Origin: Sulfurimonadaceae bacterium
GTDB lineage: Bacteria; Campylobacterota; Campylobacteria; Campylobacterales; Sulfurimonadaceae
Length of the DNA: 14,561 nucleotides
Direction of reading: 5' to 3'
Assembly: GCA_041571435.1 (NCBI GenBank)
Contig: JBFFUI010000048.1
Span: forward strand, 1-14,561
Shown here in pieces: positions 1 through 6,024 of this stretch (positions are counted from its first letter, which is position 1; each line of letters opens with the position of its first letter). The position numbers were made by a program, and so were the translations under genes. The notes beneath the pieces are model-generated. The model was not told the origin of the DNA. It saw nothing but the letters and a program-made list of their open reading frames with translations, and did no database searches.

Positions 1-3
1 CAG

Positions 4-37
4 AGAAGGTTTAAGATGAGCAACCAAAAAGCTGCCC
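4..37 (-). repeat. Degenerate half-copy of the attC site at 1612-1683
   Basis: AGAAGGTTTAAGATGAGCAACCAAAAAGCTGCCC aligns ungapped to 1614-1647 (CTAACGTCTGAAATGAGCAATCAAAAAGCCACCC) at 25/34 positions. The core AAC is changed to AAG and the other arm is not evident. Confidence 0.5.
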
Positions 38-84
38 TAAGTTTTCAGTGGGTCTAGCGTGTTTGGGCCGGGGTGGGTGGGGTC

Positions 85-450
85 TTACTTGACCGTTTTC
101 AACCCTTGGTCGATCCAACCCCAGTTGATCCCGCCGTCGAGCTCATAGACGTTTTTGTATTTGAGTTTCAAGCCCATGATCTCGCCAATGGTCTTTGTCC
201 TGTTGGCATGGGCGCAGACCAAAATAAAAGGCTGTTCCTTGTCCGTCACCACCTTGGTAAAGGCTTCCAGAAATGCGTCGAGGTCATATTGGCCTACCTC
301 GTCAAAAAAGGTGATCTTATGGCTCCCTTCAATGGTGCCGTACTGTTCCCACTCGTCAGCTCGTCGTACGTCGATGACGGCAAAGCCTTCCTCTTTTTTC
401 TGTTGAAACTCTTTCGTCGAAAGAGACTTGAACGGCCCAAAATTTAACAT
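85..450 (-). CDS. Rhodanese-like domain protein (single-domain sulfurtransferase), 121 aa
   Basis: Motifs VIDVRRADEW, G-TIEGS, active-site loop LVCAHANRT and VYELDGGI..W. The ATG at 450 follows AAGGGA, so the ORF-track start at 540 is too long. Confidence 0.9.
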   Translation of the reverse strand: MLNFGPFKSLSTKEFQQKKEEGFAVIDVRRADEWEQYGTIEGSHKITFFDEVGQYDLDAFLEAFTKVVTDKEQPFILVCAHANRTKTIGEIMGLKLKYKNVYELDGGINWGWIDQGLKTVK

Positions 451-757
451 TGGTTCCCTTTTTTGTTGGTGTACCTTTTTGTCAGTCGGCAAAAGTCGTA
501 AAAATCGCTTAACATCAGGTACCGGTCTCGACATCTTCAAACTTTTTCTTTAAGATAGGATGGCCCTGCAGATAGAGCTTGACATCGTTCTGAAACTCTT
601 TCGGGTACTCCAGTTTTTCAGCCTGCAACGATGAAAAGCACTCCAAAAAGTCAAAAAATAGTTTCGTCACGATCGCCTCTTTTTCTGAAGACCTGTCCGA
701 GAAGAAATCGGTTATCTCCTCAAAGGTCGCACATATGTTCACCAAACACGTATTCAA
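444..757 (-). pseudogene. Small hypothetical protein with an apparent 1-nt frameshift near 522-526 (pseudogene or sequencing error)
   Basis: TTG start at 757 after AGGGAG. The frame stops at 515 (..FEDVETGT*), but adding one base at ACC^GG continues it as RYLMLSDFYDFCRLTKRYTNKKGNQC* to 444, overlapping the rhodanese ATG. Confidence 0.6.
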
Positions 758-800
758 AATACACTCCCTGCTACACGCAATTTGAATTGTGTATACATAA

Positions 801-886
801 ATCATACTTGATATGGATAGGGGAGGTGCTTGTTCTGTGTTATTCAAGAACTGCGGAGAGCAAGTTCCTATCGATTGCCGTTAGCA
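801..886 (-). mobile_element. Possible decayed attC / structured element downstream of the DUF4386 gene
   Basis: Minus strand reads TGCTAAC ... GTATGAT around nested inverted repeats (GATAGG/CCTATC, TGCT/AGCA, GTTCT/AGAAC). The right core lacks the canonical GTT. Confidence 0.35.
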
Positions 887-906
887 TCGAATGCTCTCTA
901 TATAGG

Positions 907-935
907 ATTATATTTTTACAATTTCACAAAGTGAA
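907..935 (-). promoter_or_regulatory. Putative sigma70 promoter for the 757-85 genes
   Basis: TTCACT (935-930), 17-nt spacer, TATAAT (912-907) on the minus strand. Confidence 0.55.
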
Positions 936-1559
936 TTACTGCGGCAACGTTTTTCTTTTTACCAATAGCCATACGCTTAGAGAAAGTTCAGCAATAGCCA
1001 TTGTTGACATCATAATCAACCCAAGAGTCCCTGATAAATCGATGTCTACAAAAAATACTATGTATGTGAAAGATGCAATTACCAGTAACATACCAATTGG
1101 TTTTGGTATGTATCCCGACTTCAAAACCGTGTAACCAAGAAAGAAGATATGTAAGGCAAAAAAAATGTAGCCAAATAACTTTATGGATGCGTAACCATAG
1201 ACGTCGATAATTTGAAATACGAGAGCGAATAATCCAACAACCAGAATACAGACGTATAGCAGCCTGAGAACTGACGTAAGCAGCGCAAGTTTTTTATTGG
1301 CGGGTTTAAGCACAACATAAAGTGCGAGACCAATAATAAAGTCGAGTGCTAGTACGAACAGATACCCAACAACAGCAAAACCAAAAAGAGTTCTATTGGC
1401 CTCAATATCTTTGGATAAAGCAGCAGTATCTCCTGGCACAACAAAATTAGCTAAAAGAAGATCATCGACTATAGATACTATTACTACCGCGGTTATAAAC
1501 GCAATCCCCACAGCCATTGCAGCTTTACTAGTAGATAAGGAAGCAAGTAAATTTTTCAT
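936..1559 (-). CDS. DUF4386-family multi-pass membrane protein, cassette-like
   Basis: Hydrophobic 207-aa protein with VVPGD.AA...I, LD..I.LALY.VLKP, KSGYIPK.IG.LL and E...WLLVK, recognised as DUF4386-type. AT-rich, and starts about 50 nt after the attC GTTAGAT core. Confidence 0.8.
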   Translation of the reverse strand: MKNLLASLSTSKAAMAVGIAFITAVVIVSIVDDLLLANFVVPGDTAALSKDIEANRTLFGFAVVGYLFVLALDFIIGLALYVVLKPANKKLALLTSVLRLLYVCILVVGLFALVFQIIDVYGYASIKLFGYIFFALHIFFLGYTVLKSGYIPKPIGMLLVIASFTYIVFFVDIDLSGTLGLIMMSTMAIAELSLSVWLLVKRKTLPQ

Positions 1560-1611
1560 TTTTGTTCACTCTATAATGATTTTAAGGTGGGCAGTACGTA
1601 ACTCACCGTTA

Positions 1612-1683
1612 ATCTAACGTCTGAAATGAGCAATCAAAAAGCCACCCGCGGGTATTTGATTGGTCTCCTTTGATTTGTTAGAG
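1612..1683 (-). mobile_element. Integron attC recombination site (72 bp)
   Basis: Minus strand: R'' CTCTAAC, 5-nt spacer AAATC, AAAGGAGACCAATCAAATACC-CGCG-GGTGGCTTTTTGATTGCTCATTT, 5-nt spacer CAGAC, R' GTTAGAT. An imperfect palindrome with unpaired bases on the left arm, starting immediately after the excalibur stop codon. Confidence 0.85.
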
Positions 1684-1935
1684 TTAATGATTACACCACT
1701 GCTTTTCACATGGGATTCCATCACCGTCACCATCCATCTTAGTACCTTTGCAATTTCTAATAAAGAATTTTGCTTCTGCACATGAACGCATTTGACTACA
1801 ATATTTACGTTCATCACATTTGAAACTTTGTTGGTTTTGAGCTAAATGTAAAGGCTCTATTCTCGATTGACCTTCTTCTGCAAGACAATTTGATGCAAAG
1901 AACAAGGCGATTGCAAGCACTATTGATTTTTTCAT
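1684..1935 (-). CDS. Secreted excalibur calcium-binding domain protein, cassette-like
   Basis: Signal peptide MKKSIVLAIALFFASNCLA. C-terminal FKCDERKYCSQMRSCAEAKFF...C...MDGDGDGIPCEKQWC has the DxDxDG..CE excalibur motif. AAGGA RBS upstream. Confidence 0.9.
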   Translation of the reverse strand: MKKSIVLAIALFFASNCLAEEGQSRIEPLHLAQNQQSFKCDERKYCSQMRSCAEAKFFIRNCKGTKMDGDGDGIPCEKQWCNH

Positions 1936-1966
1936 TTCTATTATCCTTTTCTATTTCGGAATGTAT

Positions 1967-2074
1967 ACATAACCAGTTGTTCAAGGCACATAGTAGCATC
2001 TTAATACTCTACAAAAATATAAAATCACATAAAAAGTGTGTGTTTATTTTTGAATTAATGGCATATTGTTATGA
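1967..2074 (-). mobile_element. Possible degenerate attC/attI-like site upstream of the excalibur gene
   Basis: Complementary cores TCATAAC (2074-2068) and GTTATGT (1973-1967) on the minus strand, with only partial internal pairing (TTCAA/TTGAA, CACA/TGTG). Confidence 0.3.
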
Positions 2075-2123
2075 AAATACAGATCTAAAGATGTTGATTT
2101 AATTCTACCGAGGCAGTAGGGGA

Positions 2124-2582
2124 TTATTTCGCCGTTATCCCCTGCCAAATGGCGCTGAAAAGCAGCCAGAGCAGGTAGAAGCCCAAGAGCTGGAGCAGGG
2201 CGAAGGCGGCCAGTTTGACCCAGACAAAAAGCGTCCACCCCTCTACGATGAGAAACCCGCTGAAGATGTCGAGGAGGGCGACGGCGAAGAGGGCGATGAC
2301 CGGTTTGACGGCACGGCGTTTTTTCTCCTTGGCGGCGAAGAGGAGGAAGTGGGCGGTGACCATGACGAAGAGGCCCATGGAGCCGAGGTGCGGCAGGGCG
2401 ACCTCCAGGAGGCCGTAGCTGCTTTTGGCGGTGGTGAAGAGGGCTTCGCTGCCGAGGTAGTAGCTCTCGACCGAGGCGTAGGAGAAGCCAATCTTGCTAA
2501 AAAAAAGCAGCGCGCCGCTGGCGAGCAGCAGTGCGCCGAAGAGGGCGAAGTAGGCGATGGCGTAGCGGTAGCTCTGGTGCAT
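2124..2582 (-). CDS. Inner-membrane protein B (about 4 TM), paralogue of 2582-3073; H65 and H78 on one helix
   Basis: 152-aa hydrophobic ORF containing YYLGSE..F....S.YGLLEVALPHLGSMGLFVMVTAH. Its start overlaps the upstream stop (TAATG). Confidence 0.8.
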   Translation of the reverse strand: MHQSYRYAIAYFALFGALLLASGALLFFSKIGFSYASVESYYLGSEALFTTAKSSYGLLEVALPHLGSMGLFVMVTAHFLLFAAKEKKRRAVKPVIALFAVALLDIFSGFLIVEGWTLFVWVKLAAFALLQLLGFYLLWLLFSAIWQGITAK

Positions 2583-3073
2583 TACTTTAGGTCGCTTTTT
2601 AGCGGGATAAAGAGGTAGAAGAGCGAGGCGAGCGTCATCATGATCGCCAGCAGGTGCCAGGTGTAGAAGGTGATGATGTAGGGGAGGATGAAGCTTGCCG
2701 ACACGTAGTACGCCAAGGGGAGCAGAATCACCGTCAAGAGTGCCGTTATCATCGTGGCGTTGATGTTGACGAGGCGCAGGCTTTTGTTCTGGCAGAGTCT
2801 GGCGTAGACGGCGCTGAGGGTGAGCAGGGTCATCATCATGAAGAAGATGTCGCTGTGCATCAGCTCAAGCAGAAAGTGCTCGCTTGCCGCTTCGATGTAC
2901 GCCTCTTCGTTGCCGTAGAGCGTCTGGCTGAGTGTGCTCTTAGTCAGACCGATATGGTTGCTTTTGAGCAGGACGTCGGCCGGAAGGAAGAGGAGTATAA
3001 AGAGCAGCAGACCGCCCAGAAGAGGGCGCATCAGGCTGTCGTTTTTAATGTCTTTGACAACGGTGAATTTCAT
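2582..3073 (-). CDS. Inner-membrane protein A (about 4 TM)
   Basis: 163-aa hydrophobic ORF containing LYGNEE.Y....SEHFLLELMHSDIFFMMM and TWH. The ATG directly abuts the upstream TAG. Confidence 0.8.
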   Translation of the reverse strand: MKFTVVKDIKNDSLMRPLLGGLLLFILLFLPADVLLKSNHIGLTKSTLSQTLYGNEEAYIEAASEHFLLELMHSDIFFMMMTLLTLSAVYARLCQNKSLRLVNINATMITALLTVILLPLAYYVSASFILPYIITFYTWHLLAIMMTLASLFYLFIPLKSDLK

Positions 3074-3595
3074 CTAGTGCTCTTTGAACAGCATCTCAAA
3101 GACGGCGAGGGCAAGACGGGCGCCGTCGGTGACGTTGCGCGCGCCCATGGTCGCACCGGTCACGGTCGGGATGTCCTTGCCGACACGTAGGGTGTCTTGC
3201 GCGCTTTTGCCTTTGAACTGGTCGACGTAGGTTTTGGTCGGGGTGTATTCCGGCGGTTCGTTAAAAGCGATCACTTCGACGCCGTCGATGACCCCTTCGG
3301 GCGAGATCATGTAGAGCACCGCGGCATCTTTGGTGCGGACAATGCGCGAGATGAGAATGGCGTAGGCAATGACCTTGCCGTTTTTGCGCACCGTGAAGGT
3401 TCGAAAGATCTTGCCCCCTTTTTTCATCTTGGCCTGTCTGTAGACCCTGTCCGCTTTGTCGACCGTCAAAAGAACATTCTTCTTCTCTATCTTGGCATCC
3501 TCGCCGTAGACGGCATGAATGGCGTCAAAAGGCGTTACAAGCAGTTTGGCCTGCAGTGAGGTGATGACAAACAGCGTTAGTAGTAGGTAGCGCAT
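3074..3595 (-). CDS. Exported FMN-binding domain protein (RnfG/NqrC-like fold, flavinylation substrate)
   Basis: Signal peptide MRYLLLTLFVITSLQA. Motifs G.I..VEVIAFNEPPEY, QFKGK and DIPTVTGATMGA, the last matching the [S/T]GA[S/T] ApbE target. Alternative TTG start at 3598. Confidence 0.85.
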   Translation of the reverse strand: MRYLLLTLFVITSLQAKLLVTPFDAIHAVYGEDAKIEKKNVLLTVDKADRVYRQAKMKKGGKIFRTFTVRKNGKVIAYAILISRIVRTKDAAVLYMISPEGVIDGVEVIAFNEPPEYTPTKTYVDQFKGKSAQDTLRVGKDIPTVTGATMGARNVTDGARLALAVFEMLFKEH

Positions 3596-3652
3596 CAATA
3601 TAGTCTCTCTTTTTTCACAGTTTTTCCAATATTAACATAAAGCCGAGGCGGG

Positions 3653-4939
3653 TTAGAAGATAAAACCCATCCCCAGGCTGAAGGTGTTGTAATCCGTACC
3701 GCCGGTCAGATCGTCCGTCATGGCATAATCGGCTTTCAGAACGACCTGCTCGTGCGGAAAGTAGTTGACGCCGACCGTGGTTGTCGCGGTCTCGCCGATG
3801 TCTTTGTCGACTGTTGCCGCCGTGGCATCGACGACCGTCGATGCAGGGTTGATGTAGTCGTACTGTACAAAGAGCGGGAGTCTGTCCGTTGTCGACAGCA
3901 TGGCCAGAGCATCATACTCCAGGTTCAGGTAGTAACCGTTGGACGCTTCGATCGATGTCGGACCGTAGGTCGGCTCGGCTGCGATGTTCTCGGCACCCGA
4001 GATCGATGTCGCGCCATACAGGGCTTTGGCTTTGAAACCCGAGAGCTCATAAGTGGCATGAAGGTCATAGATGAGGGCATCTGCACCCGAGACACTGCCT
4101 TGCGTCGCACTGCCGTAGTAGAGCGATGCGCCGAGCAGGAGACCGTTGAGACCTCTGTAGTCAAGTCGTCCGACAAAGGCGCCTTGCTCAAAGGCTGACT
4201 TTCCGGTTGAACCGGCACGCCCTTCGCGGATCTGTCCGTTTGTCCCGTTATCGGCGTTATTGAGCTCAAGTGCCTGGATGAGACCGGCGTTGTAGCTGAG
4301 CCCCGTCTCGCCGAATGTTCCGTAGGCCATTGCCCCTGTAGAGTGCCACGTCGCCGGGATGATGTACTTTTCCATCAAAGGTTTCTGCACCGTGTTATAC
4401 AAGGTCGGTTCGTGGCGCATGTTGATAAGCCCCATCGGCACCAGGAGGTGGCCAAGCTGGACGTTGAATGCCTGGTACATCAGGAAGTCGAGGTACATAA
4501 ACTCGACGATCGCGTAGCCTTCCGGCTTGATCATCTCGGGGTTGGCACCGCCGTGTTCGAACTCTATCTCGGTGTTGAGGATAATGTTCTCCGTGAACTT
4601 GTAGCCGATGTACGGCACAAAGTGGTAAACGTCGGCTACATTGCTTGCGCCGGGTCTGTCACTGCTGGCAAAGTACATGTCACCGTAACCGCCGATAGAG
4701 AGCGAGGAGGATGATCTGTAGACCTTGGAGGCGGCTGCCCCCATCCCGTTGTGGGAGAACGCTGTGTCGACGGTTGTAAAACCGACCTGTGCATTTGAGG
4801 TCTCGTCAATGAGCGCCTCCTGGTTGGCCTGAAGTTCGGCGATCTGTTGTTTCAGTGTTTCGATTTCGGTATTGGTGTCCGCATGTACGGTAGTGGCGAT
4901 AAGTGCCGCTGCCGTCACTGCCAGTGCTGTTTTTTTCAT
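3653..4939 (-). CDS. Outer-membrane beta-barrel porin with N-terminal coiled coil
   Basis: Signal peptide ending VHA and coiled coil EIETLKQQIAELQANQ. Amphipathic strands (SIGGYGDMYF, YIGYKF, EIEFEHG, VEFMYLD, GVNYFPHEQVVLKADY) and C-terminal GMGFIF with terminal Phe. Confidence 0.85.
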   Translation of the reverse strand: MKKTALAVTAAALIATTVHADTNTEIETLKQQIAELQANQEALIDETSNAQVGFTTVDTAFSHNGMGAAASKVYRSSSSLSIGGYGDMYFASSDRPGASNVADVYHFVPYIGYKFTENIILNTEIEFEHGGANPEMIKPEGYAIVEFMYLDFLMYQAFNVQLGHLLVPMGLINMRHEPTLYNTVQKPLMEKYIIPATWHSTGAMAYGTFGETGLSYNAGLIQALELNNADNGTNGQIREGRAGSTGKSAFEQGAFVGRLDYRGLNGLLLGASLYYGSATQGSVSGADALIYDLHATYELSGFKAKALYGATSISGAENIAAEPTYGPTSIEASNGYYLNLEYDALAMLSTTDRLPLFVQYDYINPASTVVDATAATVDKDIGETATTTVGVNYFPHEQVVLKADYAMTDDLTGGTDYNTFSLGMGFIF

Positions 4940-4960
4940 TGTTAAGCCTTTAATTCATTA

Positions 4961-4975
4961 TGATAATCGTTTTCA
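4961..4975. promoter_or_regulatory. Fur-family box 1
   Basis: TGATAAT-C-GTTTTCA, two mismatches to the 7-1-7 consensus TGATAATnATTATCA, in the porin 5' UTR. Confidence 0.7.
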
Positions 4976-4994
4976 CAATTAAATTTATGCCGAT

Positions 4995-5023
4995 ATCGTA
5001 CCACTGAATTAAAAGTTTGTCAA
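4995..5023 (-). promoter_or_regulatory. Sigma70 promoter of the porin operon
   Basis: TTGACA (5023-5018), 17-nt spacer ending TGG, TACGAT (5000-4995): perfect -35 plus extended -10. Confidence 0.75.
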
Positions 5024-5029
5024 TAGTTT

Positions 5030-5044
5030 TGAGACTTATTATCA
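5030..5044. promoter_or_regulatory. Fur-family box 2
   Basis: TGAGACT-T-ATTATCA, two mismatches, just upstream of the -35. Confidence 0.65.
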
Positions 5045-5080
5045 ATATATAAATTAAAAGAGGCACTTTTCTTTTGCCGG

Positions 5081-5097
5081 TGTAACTAAACGTTACA
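5081..5097. promoter_or_regulatory. Inverted repeat, possible second regulator site
   Basis: TGTAAC-TAAAC-GTTACA, a perfect 6-5-6 dyad 4 nt from Fur box 3. Confidence 0.4.
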
Positions 5098-5101
5098 ATA
5101 G

Positions 5102-5116
5102 TGATAATTATTATCA
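5102..5116. promoter_or_regulatory. Fur-family box 3 (perfect)
   Basis: TGATAAT-T-ATTATCA, an exact 7-1-7 Fur consensus. Confidence 0.8.
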
Positions 5117-5234
5117 TAATATACCTGGTCGGCAGTGATCTCGAGTATAGATAGGGCTGTTTTTGAGTGAATGGTGAAGAGTTGTGAAAGTGATGATCCG
5201 CGGCTGCGGACCGTCAGGGGTGGATGTTTAGTGT

Positions 5235-5414
5235 TTAGATGTCACACTTTTTAGTGATAAGACAAAGCGGGCAGAAGTTGACCAGACCCGCGATCAATGG
5301 TGCAACGCCAAGGTAGAACCAAGGGTTACCTGTAAAAACAGCGGTAGCGATCAGTGCAAGACCGACAACGATACGGAATGGGCGGCATACGGCTTTGATT
5401 TTCATAACATTCAT
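5235..5414 (-). CDS. DUF2892 (YgaP-like) small membrane protein, 59 aa
   Basis: R.FRIVVGLALI...W.YLG..PLIAGLVNFCPLC pattern. AGGAG RBS before the ATG at 5414 and TATAAT at 5456-5451. Confidence 0.85.
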   Translation of the reverse strand: MNVMKIKAVCRPFRIVVGLALIATAVFTGNPWFYLGVAPLIAGLVNFCPLCLITKKCDI

Positions 5415-5551
5415 AAATATTCTCCTGTGCGTCTTTATAGTAATGGCGGGATTATACCGAAAATATATCAAATATATAAATCATTTATGCATTTTATCAT
5501 AATTTATTAAGTGAAGGTCAAGCGGCCAAAGCGCCGAGAAAGGTGTCGGTG

Positions 5552-5953
5552 TCAGAAGAGAGAGATCGGTGTCAATGCAAAAAAGACCAGCGGTGTGTAG
5601 ACAAGAACAGAGAGGTAGGGCATCAGCGGGTGGAGCGGTGCGAGCAGCATAGCCGACATCTCGGGTGAGATCTCCTGTTTTTCGAAGATCTGCTGAATCA
5701 GCAGGATCTTGGTCGCCATATCGACGGTTTTGATGAAGACAAGGACAACGGCAGCGAAGGCAAGATCGGTGATCATGGCCAGCCCGATACCGAAATAGAA
5801 CGTCGGGTGCATGAGAAAAAAGAGGATGATGTTTTTGTTGTAGTAGCGGTAGAGCCTGCTCAAAATACCGATAAGGTTTTTTGCTTTCTGCCACTGTATC
5901 TCAAAGAGCTCCAGGGCAATATAGATGATTACGAGTACATAGATGTTTTCCAT
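5552..5953 (-). CDS. Hypothetical membrane protein, 133 aa
   Basis: Hydrophobic ORF with ELFEIQWQKA, FFLMHPTFYF and IKTVD..TK. ATG start, fills the intergenic space. Confidence 0.75.
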   Translation of the reverse strand: MENIYVLVIIYIALELFEIQWQKAKNLIGILSRLYRYYNKNIILFFLMHPTFYFGIGLAMITDLAFAAVVLVFIKTVDMATKILLIQQIFEKQEISPEMSAMLLAPLHPLMPYLSVLVYTPLVFFALTPISLF

Positions 5954-6024
5954 GGCTAGATTATAGCTATTTTAACAAGCAAGAAGATAAAATATACTCC
6001 ATTTTAAACTAAAGATATAAATAG

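Noticed and set aside
853-900. GCGGAGAG...CCG...CTCTC on the + strand resembling a glycine riboswitch aptamer
   Set aside because: It lacks the CCGAAG and CUCUCAGG conserved elements, and there is no downstream + strand gene.
819-934. Strong SD-like GGGGAGG followed by a 34-codon TTG ORF (possible type I toxin or small peptide)
   Set aside because: SD-to-start spacing is only about 3 nt and the peptide has no clear TM segment; the G-run is better explained as part of the hairpin.
2124-3073. Higher G+C in the distal operon genes suggesting horizontal transfer
   Set aside because: Spot counts (37/60 here versus 34/60 in CASDH at 9301-9360) are too close. The contrast comes mainly from the AT-rich cassette region next door.
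3074-3595. Calling the FMN-binding gene rnfG or nqrC
   Set aside because: No other Rnf/Nqr subunits are adjacent, and the neighbouring membrane proteins lack the Cys-containing RnfA/E pattern.
3653-4939. Cyc2-like cytochrome-porin fusion or TonB-dependent receptor
   Set aside because: There is no CXXCH (no Cys at all), and 428 aa is too short for a plug plus 22-strand barrel.
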